Origin: Eledone cirrhosa
Lineage: Eukaryota
Assembly: GCA_964016885.1 (NCBI GenBank)
Contig: OZ024740.1
Coordinates: 368,342,001-368,406,000, forward strand
DNA: 64,000 nucleotides
Direction of reading: 5' to 3'
Shown piece by piece: positions 41,782 to 55,569 of this stretch. Made by a program: the position numbers and the translations under genes. Numbering within the stretch: the first letter of the stretch is position 1; the number at the start of each line of letters is the position of its first letter. The notes under the pieces are model-generated. The model made no database searches, had not been told where the DNA came from, and was given only the letters and a program-made list of their open reading frames with translations.

Positions 41782-41940
41782 AGGCGGCGAATTGGCAGTG
41801 TTGTTAAGACGTCGGGTAGAATGCTTTATGGTATTAGTCCCACCTCATTGCTCGCTCTGTGTTCAAATCCTTCCGTAGTCAACTTTGCCGTTCATCCTTT
41901 CAATGTCGATAAAAAAGTACCAGTCCAGTGCTGGAGTCGA
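41782..41940 (+). mobile_element. SINE with tRNA-like head
   Basis: AGGCGGCGAATTGGCAG (A-box-like)...GTTCAAATCC (B-box-like)...TTTGCCGTTCATCCTTTCAATGTCGATAAA. Confidence 0.7.
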
Positions 41941-44900
41941 TTCTTCCTCTGTCTGAGTTCAGACATCGAGACGGTTGGGCTCTGTAATGTTTAAAAGCGC
42001 CTTAGACAAGTCGTATGAGGGTGCACAAGGAGTTTATCCTTTATCTTTTTTTTATCAGATATTACAAGATATTGTTCATTCAGAGAGCCATGCATGCTCG
42101 TAGCAATATGATTTTCATGAAATAGTGTATGTGAAATAGGGAGACATATATTAATAAAATTATGAAGCCTTTGGTCTGGAAGAGTTAAAGGTTAGCTTAT
42201 AAGCTCTACCAAGGTTAGATGTTCATCGAGCCTGAATTTATCACAGTATTTATGGCACCAGTCGACTAAATTTACACATCTTACTCTTGGATTTGACACC
42301 AATCAAAAGCAGAATTATCCCTCATCTATAGATATTTCTAATTTTTAGCTAGCTTGAAGGGAGGAATGTGAAATGAAGTGTTTCCCTCAAGAATACAACT
42401 CTGTCCGAAATTCGAACTTTCGTGATAATTGAGAGTTTTATACCACAGGATGTAAGTAGGAGAAAATCATTGCCGTATTTGTTCCGACTCTCTCCTCACT
42501 GGATCCACGTAGAGACGAACTTCTATTACTAGAATGTATCTCTTGGTGTTCGAGTGCATTTATGCTGCAGCTATTTAGTCGAGGTCTCCATTTGCGGAAT
42601 ATGTCTTTCTTCATGTCTTAAGTTCATTAAAACAACTGTTTAATGGAACCCGTAAGCGTTAAATATATGTTACAGGAACAATTTACTAGTTTATATGCGG
42701 AGTAAGTAATGTCTGATTGCAAACATCCCGCAGCCAATGCATTTATAGCAAAGAGATATTTTTCTATTTATAATATCTATAATGTCGATGTCTGACTCCA
42801 TTCAAAAGTCTTTTATTGATAAAATATATATTTCCCTTCAATTAGCATATCCGCCTTGTATAACCAGCGTAAATCCTTCATATGAAGTTAACAGAATTGT
42901 GTTGCTTTTCATTATGTCATTGCTGGAATAATGAAGTAGCTATCGTATGATAGAGATGGAAATTCTTTAAGTTGTATTACAGTATAAATGAATTATATAA
43001 ATGAATTATATGAATGAATTACTAGAAATATTCAAACTGGAAATCACATGTGCTTTAAAAGATGTCATTCTAAGAAAAATTCACATGGATTTGAAGCGTA
43101 AAATGTAAAATTAAAGAAACATCGAATTTTTAATCTAACAAATATTTCCATGTACATTAAAATGAGTTCAATATCCACTGGAATTGAATTTGCTATTTAT
43201 AAATCCTGATGGAATATCGATGATTTTAAGTCGTACGAATGACCTAACGATTTTGATGAAACTTGCCATTATAGTACATTTAATACTTTATAGATTGATA
43301 TGAGTGTTGGTGACACTTGAAAGGACCATGCTAATTTTAAATTGATAAAGGGATCACACAAAATTCATATTCATCTATTCCGGCTTTCGAGAAGGTAATA
43401 ATGCAATTGTATTGTATATAACACTTGAAAAATTCTATTTTTATGTTTGTTCCTTACCACAGAATTCTTACTCAAATATTGATAATAGCGATGCTGTAAT
43501 TTAAGAACGGTTATCTCGCAAAATATTATGTGACCAGCTTCATATTACACTAATTTCTTGACAATACATAGTTTCACGCATAAGCAAACATTGTTCATAT
43601 ATTCGTATTTTTATGACAGTGAATGGAGTTCAACAAGAATACGGAAATGTATTAGGTACAACATAGATGTATTTATCTATGTATGTATATATTGAAATGA
43701 AGAAGAAGAGATGGGGGGAGAGAGAGAGGTATATCGTTCTCCTCTTGTGGGCAAACTACATTTTATTTCTTTACAACATACATATAGTATGTTGTACTCG
43801 CATATATGAATTATTAACGGAATTAATGTAAAACCGGTACTAAGTACCCAATTAAATAGCAAATGTTTTCTTGATTCAACAAAAGTGTTAAAATCTTTTT
43901 CGTCAAAAGATTTAAAGTAATTATTTATTTCATAGTTCTAAAGATTTGAAATAAGGATTTATTTTATATTTTTAACAACTTAATTTCGAAATTACCTGTT
44001 TAATTAATTATATTCTCTTTAACAGTTGTTTTGTAATTAACACATTTTAATGTAAACCAAGAACATCAATTATATGTGTTTGCATAAATAAACAATTGAC
44101 CAAATTTTGTCATTTTGTTACAGCTGCACGAGAATAAAATAATAATCTATGTAATTTTGTAAAGGAGAAACTTTAAGTTTTGTATTTTCTTTTCATGTGA
44201 ATTTTAAATCATTTAAGATGGAAACTGTATTAGGGTGCTTTAATGGTTTATGATGTGTACATATAAGATGTCAGGTTTAGTTCATCATTCACATTTATTA
44301 TATTTTCTATAGGTTCTGTCAATTTGAAATTCGTATGTTTAATAAATTAGGTTAAATTAAGAACATAAATCATCTCATCAATGTAATAGTTTCATAGTAA
44401 ACAAATGATGAATGATTCTCTGATGTTTTTCATGCGAATCTATGACTACATGTACACATATATTGATTACTTATATGGTAAAATTGGTGTTGGCTTACAT
44501 TAGAAATAAATGGAATTTGATATTTTCCTGCCATCGATAGCAATGTAATTAGTGTCATGCGCTTCCAAATAGAAATTGAATTCCTTCTAATAATGCACAT
44601 TGATGGGCATATTACTCTTTCATATGAGAACACAGAAACTGTTCACAGACACATATTAAGGCAATACTAGCTCAGCATGCCATAACAATTGTAATACGCA
44701 CAGTAATTTTAAAAGTAATTGTGCACGTATACACATATCCCCAGGCAATCACACCTATACTTGACACATTCTCTTATATACTGTTTAATATATGAAATTC
44801 CAATAAAAAAAAAAATAATAATTCCATATCTATATAAGCACTCTGAAGTGTGCGTTTGTTACCTTTTAAACTCGCTGAGTATAATCCTTATTTTATATAG

Positions 44901-45287
44901 TCATATTTCATGTAGATCTGCGTTGCTGAATGTGTCATTCCACTTTAAATTAAGGAACATTGTCTGCTGTTTCGAAGAGGTTCAGTGACCATCTAAGCCG
45001 TCGTTATGATAAGTAGGTGTAATATTGCTGACATACGCTAAATATTCCTAAATAATGAAATTATGTACTCAAACTGAAGATTAAAACGCAATACAGATTC
45101 GAACCAGCACTAGCGTATAGATATGAATTCGCAGTTATAAGGCCCACCTTTGAATAACATGCATGACTTCACTGCAAGCCGCCATGCGCCTCTTCACCGT
45201 ATACCTGAGTAAGAGTTTGCTAGAATAGCTGCGCAAGATCGGCCGTATATATAATTAACAACTCTTAATGGTTATCAGGTTTTTAGA

Positions 45288-45422
45288 ATTGTTTCTACAT
45301 TTGACACATGGTCAGCAATTAACCCAGTGCATTACTGGTACTTTATTTTGTCGCCCCCGTAAGAATGAAAAGCAAAGTTAATCTCGGTGGCATTTGAACT
45401 CAGACTGTAAAGGGCCGTAACT
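45288..45422 (-). mobile_element. SINE fragment
   Basis: Reverse complement of the same SINE core. Confidence 0.75.
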
Positions 45423-47084
45423 CTGAACAAAAAGAACAAAAGTCAAATAATATACGCCAGAGTATATGCTGTAAAAGAGCTGGTTGTGTGGGCATAATAG
45501 AAAGAAAAAGCCTCAAATTTAACCAGGAAATATTTATAAGGAGATAAATCACATGAGAAATATTTAACTAGAATATATGACATGTGTAACGGGGAACCAA
45601 ACCGATCCCTACAACAGTTACATGAAGTAAGAGAAAACTTAAATCGAATGAATTAACCATGGAACAAAACAAGATTCTATAAAGAAAAATCAGAAAATAA
45701 ATAGAAAATGTATTTGAAGCCATGAAAGAAAAATTCAAATAGGAATGATCTGAGCTAGTATCAACAAAAGAATTCCTGGAGAATATACCAACATTTTTAC
45801 GTTCAAACATAAATAACTGAGGTAGTATAATAAGAAAGTGACCAAAATAGCAGTCATTAAGTTAACGAGGAACAATCGAGTATCCAAAAACTAGAGATAG
45901 TTGTTGAATCTAAAACATACCGGCAATCCACGTACTTTTTAGTTTCGACTAGACTCTGATATTAACATTACGTAATATGGATTACTCGCATGGAGTTGTA
46001 TTCTACTTGAAGAACTGAAGCTGGGCAGAAGAGGTATAACTGTCTTCAAAGAACGTTAGCGAATGCATCATATGCAATTTGCTGCCTTGCATTAAATGAA
46101 GCTTGACACTCTAGTTATGTGACTGACTTTTTGTGAGGGGAGGGGGTAATGTGCGTAATCCCCTTCTATATCGATGATATTGTGATATATTCTATGTAGA
46201 GTTGTACATAATTCTTTAAAACTCCACACACAATGGCTGCTATATCAAGATAATGCACATAACTGCAGCAGAACATCTTTAAACGCATTATAAAGCTCAT
46301 GTCAGTAAATGCCAGCTATTAAATAACAGATGCAGAAAGAGAAAGAAAAATAACAAAAACAACAATAACAACAACGATGTTAATGATAAAGCAATCAAAA
46401 CGAGAGAAACAACGGCAACATCAGACGCAACAGATGCAACAAAAACGGGAACAGCTTCAACCACAACTACAAAAGACCGTTTGCACCAACGGCTTTGAAA
46501 ACTATGGAACTGTCAGCAAAAGAGAAGAAATTGCGGCTCAGGCAGCCAATCCTGTAAAAGTTGAGTAAACCTGGGCCAACATATGTGTTCCCCCGGAAGC
46601 TTTGGCAGCAATGGAAAACAACTCTATCTTATAGTTATCAGCATCAAGTGCCAAGCGCCGGTGCTGTCCCAACAATACCACTCTGATTTCCTGTAAAATG
46701 GATCATTTCATGATGTTCCACACTTAATTGGGTTGAAGGGCAGTGCAGATCAGAATTGCTAGTATTCCGCCAGGATTAGGTATATGGCGGATACTAGCAT
46801 GTTCCGTTCTGGATGAAAGTGAAGCCCTTCCTGGGGTTAAAGAAAGGGTGGAGGGAGAACCGATCTGGAAATAATTCAAGTGAATATTAAAAAAGGTCCC
46901 AGAGCTATTCGCATTTCGACTGGTGTGGAACTACATATTCTCATTGAAGTCAAAACACCTAAGTTTCATCCATCTGGAGTAAGAGCTTTCGAATTATACA
47001 GAAAGCAGTGAGGCGCCACAGGTTACTAGTGCTGCCAAAACAATGGCCAAAACGAAAACCAAAAAGAAAACACTAAACGTTCTC

Positions 47085-48350
47085 AAAATCTAATGAGATG
47101 AAGTTTGAGGTTGTTTGTGAACTAATTATACACGGCTGATATATTATATATCAAGAAGAAAATCGAAATTATTTGATTTCGTAGGAACATTTTATATTGT
47201 TTAGTTTCAAATATGTGAACCATAAGTTTGGGATTTTTCATGTTTTGGAGCCTTACATTTTCTTCCTTTTATCAGTATGTTAAGTATTTCCTCTTGTATG
47301 TTATCATCCGGTATGTGCTTGTTATTTTAAATAATTATTTGTGATTTTATTCCCCTGCTGTTCCCAAACTATGTTGTCATCATGGAATGTGCTTGTTATT
47401 TATAATAATTATCTGTGATTTTATTCCCCTGCTGTTCCCAAACTTTCTCAGACATTTTACACTTCTATTTTCGGACGACATTTACCACTAATTTGTTTAT
47501 AATACTTTCCTTGTACAATCGTTTTTGGTTGGAATGAAATAGTTGCTTTTGTTCAAATATCATTTTTGTTAGTTTCACAGCGTTTCCTTTCTGTTATATA
47601 TTGCGTTATTATTTGTTCTTCCCTTTTCTTTCATGCATTGTTTTCTTTCCTAATTCATTTAAGAATGCAATAACTTCTTATTCTCTATCTTTTGTATATT
47701 TCATTTCCATATATATGTATCGATATTCTTGTTTGGATAGATCTAAGGGAGTACCTAGGTTTTGTCGGATCAAAAATGGCTGCTGAATATATTATATTAT
47801 TTAGCCTTATTGTACTAATTATTATTTCTCTGTTAATCAAATCTATAATGACCACGTTAAAATCCTTTTCTATTTGTTGCTATTTCACCATTAGGTATTA
47901 TCTTTAGGATGCATATTCTTTCAACCACGTGGATATTTTGTTATTGTTTGGAATTTTTATCATTTTTAATCTTTTGAATATTGGGGTCAGGAAAACAGTA
48001 ATAAGGGATTTTATTAAAACTAAATGCTCTTTCTCATATTAACCATTATTTGTTCTTCTGGCTGCATTGTACTGAATAAGTTCTATATTCAGTACGAGGT
48101 GTAAGGGTGTTTATATATATATATCTTTTTTTTTGCCAATTGTTGTATGATTAAAATATATTGGATACGTTAGTTCTATTTTCATAGTTTAATTTCAATA
48201 TTTTACTGTCCGTAAAATGTTTTGTCAGTTGATTTTGTTTTCGGAGTATATTCGTTTTTCAGTTGGAATGTTTCGAGTTTCCTTTGTATTAATGTTTTCA
48301 ACTTCCGTCTAATGACGCTTGCTGCATAATCGGGGTCGAGTTTCAAATCA
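47085..48350 (-). pseudogene. Possible highly decayed retroelement coding remnant
   Basis: A-rich, coding-like minus strand ending in NFISLDFEN, which resembles PLE RT motif A. Contains a ~73-bp local duplication at 47313-47443. Weak support. Confidence 0.25.
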
Positions 48351-48482
48351 AGTGTGTGTTATTTTTATATATACAATTACCCCGTATATATATATATACA
48401 ATTACGCCTTATATATATATATATATACATAATATATACAAGTATACATTCACACATACCACCACCATATATATATATATAT

Positions 48483-49760
48483 ATCGTTTCTGAATTTGTT
48501 TAGCAAGATTCTTTATCTGGAAACTTTTGTTGAAACCGATATTGTTATACTTTGGGAGGATCATGTTGCCAATAAGAAACACACGCACCATGCTTTCACT
48601 CCAATTTATTATAAGTTAAAAAATGAAAAAAAAAAATCTTTTTTTTTAATTTATAAATTTCCGGTTGGTTGGTTGGTTCCATAATCGGACGCTTGTTCAT
48701 ATATTGTCAAAGTTCTTTCGTCACACATTATGTGACCTCTTCAGTGACAGGGGATTATGTTCTTTGTTTTCTGCCTCTCCTTTGTTCTGTCCTACGCCAT
48801 CTTCTTTTTGTGTGTGTTGTGTGCTTAGTTTGCGCATGTGTTACATCCGGGTGTCTGTGTGTATTTGTATTTGTTTATTTATTTGTTTATTTACATGTTA
48901 CTGGTTGGTTTGTTTTATGTGTGTGCGTTTTCATTTTGTCCTTAATTTTAAGTTGATATGTTACTATTCCATTCATGTTTACTATTTAATTTTGGTTGGA
49001 GTTCATTTATGTTTATTGCCTCTGTAATTTGTCTAAACATTGCGTCTTTTCTAGGTGTAGATTTTATTTTTATTTCTTTGTTCTCTAATGTGCCCTTATG
49101 TTCTATTCTAGCATGTTGGTGGAGTACTGATGATTATTTTCTATCTTGAAGCTCTCGCCAGTGTTCATTTAACCGTTCTCCTATACTACGAGCTGTCTCA
49201 CCTATGTACACTATATTCTTATCTTTACATTGTCCTTCAGTACATCTTATGCAATATACTATGTTTCTAGATTTTCAGTTAATATGGGGGCTTAGTGCAC
49301 AGATTATGCATTTCTTATCTATACAGGGAGGTCTTTGATAGGGTATGTATTACTAATAAGCGTTTTTATGGAGGTACCTGTTCTTTCTACTAGCTTAATA
49401 TTAAGTTTAAGCTTATCTAGGGTGCTTCTAAATTTGTAAGCTAATTCAACTCTAGGGGTTGTATTGATGAACATTAGACTCTGGTATTATTCATTATCAT
49501 ACCATGAGTTTATTCTATTAACCTTATGCCTAGTTCTTTCTATTCTATTCCAAAATTTGCTCCTATACAAGGGGCAGATCCCATTTGTATCATTATTTCC
49601 CATTTTTTCCCATTTGGTTCTGGCTCCTCTATATACTCTGATTTTATCTCTCTGATTGTAACCAGAGAACTGCATACGGTGGATGAAGTGTTGTATGTGT
49701 CTCTCTAGTTATTTGGGGTTGTGCATGCGGGACACGTTTCTCATCAACCGTACTAAATCA
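48483..49760 (-). mobile_element. Inverted duplicate of the 3' half of the adjacent PLE
   Basis: Diverged reverse complement of ~50470-51562, plus a terminal tail shared with 6570-6700. HHR at 48706-48748 (-): GTCA-CTGAAGA-G GTCACA TAATG TGTGAC-GAAA-GAAC-TT-TGAC. Confidence 0.88.
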
Positions 49761-49799
49761 TTACTATAAGTAAGTTTAAGCTTACTTATAGTAATGATT

Positions 49800-51562
49800 A
49801 TCTATATACGTATGACCTTAGCAACCTCTGCCCAACAAGACTAGCAAGAGGCAGACCACCTACCATTACCTCAATGGCCAAGAAACACCACACAGAAAGA
49901 TGGAACGGGTGGTCCAGAGCCAGACGGATCCCCGAAAACCACGATGAACTAATGAAAATGATTGAACATGCGGTGGGGGCCAGTATAAAATTAACCCTTA
50001 AGGAACATATGTTCAAATTTATTGGAAAAACATATGCCCAAGAGGAGGGAGCAGCTATTTCAGGTGACATAGCTAACCTATTCATGGTATGGTGGGACAA
50101 TAAATTTAAGGAACAATTAGAAGACAGCAACCACTTAACCCTGATAATGTACTCTCGCGACGTTGATGATATAAACATCGTAGTAAAAACACCCCCACTA
50201 GAAAACAGTCAGGAATTAGAGAAAAAGACCATGGAAAGTTTAGAGCAAATAGGTAACACCATCTACCAGAGTATTAGAGTTACCATAGACTACCCAAGCA
50301 AACACCCCAACCATCGATTACCTGTACTAGACACAGAGCTCTGGTTAGAAACCATTAATAACAAAAAAAAATCCTCCATTACCATTATGCCAAACCCATG
50401 ACTTCCAAATACCTGATCCACCGAAACTCAGCTGTTTCGGATCACACCAAAATCAACATACTGATTGCGGATTTAGTACGGGTGATGAGAAACGTGTCTC
50501 GCATGTGCAACCTCAAAGATCTAGAGAAACACATACAACACTTCATCCACCGTATGCAGTTCTCTGGTTACAATCAGAGAGATAAAATCAGAGTATATAG
50601 AGGAGCCAGAACCACATGGGAAAACATGGTAAATACTGATACAAATGGGACCTGTCCCTTGTATAGGACCACATTTTGGAATAGAATAGAAAGAACTAGG
50701 AATAAGGTTAATAGAATAAACTCATGGTATGATAACAATAAATACCAGAGAGTAATGTTCATCACTACAACCCCTAGAGCTTACAAATTTAGAAGCACCC
50801 TAGATAAACTTAAACTTAATATTAAGATAGTAGAAAGACCAGGTACCTCCATATAAAAACACTTAATGGTAATACATACCCTTTTCAAAGACCTCCCTGT
50901 ATAGATAAGGAATGCATAATCTGTAAACTAAGCCCGCATATTAACTGTAAAACTAGAAACATAGTATATAGCATAAGATGTACTGAAGGACAATGTAAAT
51001 ATAAGAATATAGTGTACATAGGTGAGACAGCTCGTAGTATAGGAGAACGGTTAAATGAACACCGGCGAGAGCTTCAATATAGAAAAGAATCATCAGTACT
51101 CCACCACCATGCTAAAATAGAACATAAAGGCAAATTAGAGAACATAGAAATAAAAATAAAATCTACACACAGAAAGGACGCAATGTTTAGACAAATCACA
51201 GAGGCAATGAACTCCAACCAAAATTCAATAGAAATTATGAATGGAATAGCAACATCCAAAATTACAATAAGGACAAAATGAAAACACACACACATAGAAC
51301 AAATAACGAACCAGTAACATGTAAATAAACAAATAAATAAACAACTAAACACACACACACACTCAGACACCCGGATGTAACACATACCCAAACTAAGCAC
51401 ACAACACACACAAAAAGAAGATGGCGTAGTGCAGAACAAAGGAGAGGCACAAAACAAAGAAAATAATCCACAGTCACTGAAGAGGTCACAGAATGTGTGA
51501 CGAAAAAACTTTGACAATATATGAACAAGCATCCGGTTGTGGAACCAACCAACCAACCGGAA
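49800..51562 (+). mobile_element. 5'-truncated PLE: RT C-half, thumb, GIY-YIG and terminal repeat with HHR (51473-51515)
   Basis: FKFIGKTYAQEEGAAISGDIANLFM, YSRDVDD, LPVLDTELW, YYAKPMTSKYLIHRNSA, NIVYSIRC...YIGETARSIGERLNEH; several frameshifts. Confidence 0.9.
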
Positions 51563-51567
51563 GGAAT

Positions 51568-54500
51568 ATGATGGAGAAATTCTCGGTGAACTCTTCACTT
51601 AAGGACATCCCTTTGCCAGACATAAAAAAATCACAAGGTTAGCCATAGGTAATTCGGATTCATTTGTCTGTAGAATGCATTGGAAGGCCTTGCACTTCGA
51701 CAGAGGAACACCAACAAACCACCCCATGGAGGAAACGCTCGGCATCGAGGAAATATTCAAATCCAGAAGAAATCCACCACACAATAAATATTTGGAGGAA
51801 TTCGAGACTGAAATGTGTAACAGTGTCCAACCTTAAGTTTAGGAAAAACCCACTCAGGAGAAAAAGTTATCTGAGACGAATAAATGGTGATCTAGTAAAA
51901 TTGAAGAACTCGACCGGCATTTTAGTGCACGCAGACAAGACTAACAACCTTTACGATATGGATAGAGTAACTTATGATGATTTTATAACCAGAGAACTTA
52001 GGAAATGCTACAGAAAAACTACACGGGCCAACCTGGATTTAATTAACACGGTGGCCAATAGCGTCATCATTAAACTGGGTATTGACGATAAAACCGAATC
52101 CTTCCATCCTAGAACCCCGAGGAGTTTGCTGAAGGACCACAAATTGAACTTTGAATCATTAAGACCTGTCAGGCTGATAGCCCCTTCGAAGTCGGACATA
52201 GGAATCGTAAGTAAAAACATCCTTGATAAAATAATCCCCACTCTAGTTAGGAGATCGAAGCTCAAGTTGTGGTCAGGAACTAGTGAGGTAATTAACTGGT
52301 TTGAGAAATCGCATAATAAGAATAGCACTAAGTTTATACCGTTCGATATCTCTAATTACTACTCTTCAATCTCTCCAACTCTTCTAGGTAGGGCCCTTAA
52401 CTTTGCTAGCTTACACACCGACCTTACATCCGAGGAAATTAGCATTAATCTCCTAGCTAGGAACACCTTAATTGAATTCAACGGTGATCTGTGGACTAGG
52501 AGGGATTGGCCAGACAATTTCGACATCACCAGGGAATCCACGGACTCGGCCCAGGTGACGAATCTGGTGGGCCTTTACCTCCTTGACTGTCTCGGAGCGG
52601 AAATCCCCACCTGGGAGGCGGCGCTTACCGTGACGACGTCTTGTTTACTGTGTCGTTCCATAATAATAGTATGGTAGAGAGGGTGAGGAAAAAAAACTTA
52701 GCAAATTCTTCAGGAGCATAGACCTAAGTATAGTATTTGAAGAGAATTTAAAAGTAGTTAATTTTTTAGATGTTACACTTAACCTCAATTCAGGACTCTT
52801 CCAACCTTACCACAAACCCAGCGAGAATCTAAATTATGTCAACGCAAAATCGAACCAACCTAGAATAGTCACTAACGGTATTACCAAAAGCGTATCTAGT
52901 AGAATTTCAGGACTATCTTCCAATGTAGATAACTTTAATAAGATCTCGAATTACTATAATAGCGCCCTGGAACGCGCAGGGCATAGCGAGGGAATCTCAT
53001 TCAAACGTCCATTAAATAGTAGAAGTAACATTGCCCGCGATAGCTTAGGCCTAGATAATGACACTCTAGTTAACAACAGGCGGGATACGAGGGGGGATTC
53101 ATATAGTCTTCATGTTGTACTGCTGCCATGGTCCAGTGCTGTTGTACTAATAGAAACAGCCACCCAGCTAATAACACTGGGTGTGAACAACGTAACGCCA
53201 GCGGAAACTCTAATTGTAACCTTAATTGTGGAACCGATAAAGCTACCGTTGAACGCAGTTTGGAACGAGGGTCGAGTAGGGGGAATAGGGACAGGTGTAG
53301 CAGACGCATAGCGGATAGAACTCCAGTTATCGAGGATAACCCCAATAGCCGCACGGGGGTACACCACCCTGGAGACTTGGGACGATTCCGAACACAATCG
53401 TGACACCCCAGGATACCATCGACCCGCAGGTAATTTCCAGTTACAATAGACCAGTAACTACTAGGGAGACAGGTAATTCTAATATAGTTAGTATGAACAA
53501 GAGGCATCAGACCAGAAAATACATGTGGTATAATACCCCTTACTCCACTGGCCTGACAACTAGTATAGCTAAGCTTTTATTTAGGGCCTTAGACTAATGG
53601 TTCCCTACATCGCACAGATATTATAAAATATTCAATAGAAATACCATCAAGGTGTCCTACTTCACAACTAGTAACATAGCTCAGAATATAGCTAAGATGA
53701 ATTATATTAGACTTAGGACAGCCAATGAGGGAATTAGGCATGGCAGGAACAATGGCAGGTCTATTGAGGAACTGACTCATACACGTGAGGCGAGTCGGGT
53801 CTCTCCAACCCCAGGGAATTTACCCATAGAGCAGACTGGAACTGAGACCTGACCCCAAAGGTACCGTGGTCCACCCGGAACTACCCAGATCGATAGCAAA
53901 AAATGTAACTGCAGAAGCCCCGCCACCTGCCCCATGGCTGGGAAATGCCTTACCAAAAACATAGTCTACCACTATAAGGTATCCACTCCTAATATAACCT
54001 TTAGGTATGTTGGGGCAACTGCCACGGAATTTAAGCATAGATGTACATATACATGTACCGCCATACCTATAATAGATTAGATAAAAAAAAATAGCACGGC
54101 ACTTTCGGAATTAGTGTGGAAGCTTAAACATCAGAATATAGAGCACCCCTTATCCTGGTCCATAGTTTGCTCAGCCCAACCTTATAACGGCAGCACTAGC
54201 GTCTGCAATTTATGTATAGCTGAAACTTTTAATATTATTAGAGGCGCCCCCTATTAATTAATAGAAGAGCAGATCTTTTCAGCAACTGTCAACATAGAAC
54301 CTCGAAAACCTTCCGCAGAATTTTTGGAAGGTGACCTACCAATAACTCCTTTAGCCATAGAGTTCTCTCAATAAACGGACAGTCACACACTTAGGTAGTT
54401 AGACGGCTAAGATTGTTTGCGCACTTGCAAACGATACTCGGCATGTTTCCACGGAGTTCTCACAGCTGAGTGCTCTCTTTCAGAATACCTAGCTAGTAGT

Positions 54501-55547
54501 TAGATTGTTTACACACTTAGTTTACGCTCTCAATACGTAGCTCTACACACTGTACCCGTTTCCTTTAGACATTGAGCTGCCACAATTACGACTGTCACGT
54601 TCCTACCGACTGAGCACTACACCAGGTTTTGATGCGTGATCATCTAACCGTGGTGAACTCATTGTTACGGATTGAACAATAATACTCACACACCATTAAT
54701 TGGGCTACACACATCGTTTGGATTTTACTGTCCTGTGTTTTCTTACTTCACCTTCTGTATTGGATAACACACCTCCACCACTCAAACAACTATCTTAAAA
54801 GCTCATTGGCCCATGTGACGGGAAATCGCAGTTGCGGACGCATTTACCCAATACCCAACCCTACACGGAGCCCTTTGCCGGCCCACATTGCAGTTGCTTG
54901 CACGCACGGATTTGGTGACACGGATTCTCAACGGGACAGCTGTACACAAGGAGTTCGACATGAGCTGATTGCTTGCTCTTCACATGGATGTGTATATACC
55001 CGGACACACCTCCCCCCCCCTTTTTTTAGGACGATTCGGATGTGTATATACCATAACACACACGTGAAGATATGGAGGTTACAATTCGATCTATACACGT
55101 ATAGCAGAACACTGAAGTGAACTGACTTGCGCGCGCACGCGCGCGTGTGTGTCTGTGTGTATGTGTGTAGCGTTGGTTAACTTAATATTTCAATTTACAT
55201 CATCAAATTGAGATGTGACCAACATAGCTTCTGTTGTTTGTGAACTAACTTTCGGTGAGTGCTGTGTTGGTACATTCTTGTATTTGTTTTTTCTCGGACA
55301 TCGTTTCGGTGAGTGTGAAAGAGTGTGTGTACACACGGTAATTCTACGGGTTTGAGGGAATGAATTGTGTGAGAGAACATCGTTAGTTTTTCTCCCTCAT
55401 ATCAAGAATTTGAAGACAATTTATTTTCACCTGATGAGATCAGTGATAATCGATGATGGCTTCACAACCGATCTATCTCTTATTGAAACACGTGTCGTGA
55501 TTAAATGATTGGAATTTTACCTTGCCTTCGGATTTTCATTTTGATAT
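51568..55547 (+). mobile_element. Decayed Naiad-like PLE: complete coding region plus 3' terminal region
   Basis: MMEKFSVNSSLKDIP...WKALHFD (homologous to the 21322 ORF start), ADKTNNLY, LKDHK, FDISNYYSSI, YRDD (~52626), NFLDVTL, WYNTPY, CNCRSPATCP, IVY...YVGATATEFKHR, CNLCIAE; stop at ~54334; many frameshifts. Confidence 0.9.
55427..55500 (+). ncRNA. Type I hammerhead ribozyme at PLE 3' end, long stem II
   Basis: TCAC-CTGATGA-(47 nt)-GAAA-CACGTG-TC-GTGA; palindromic stem III and GUC triplet. Confidence 0.75.
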
Positions 55548-55569
55548 ATATATATATATATATATATAT

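Noticed and set aside
46377-46568. Gln-rich ORF
   Set aside because: Derived from a degenerate (CAA)n-like low-complexity tract.
46571-46690. Possible 120-nt host exon on the minus strand (TTTTACAG acceptor, open frame EIRVVLLGQHRR..., GTTTAC donor)
   Set aside because: The donor is weak, the peptide is not recognisable and no partner exons were found; RNA-seq or tBLASTn would be needed.
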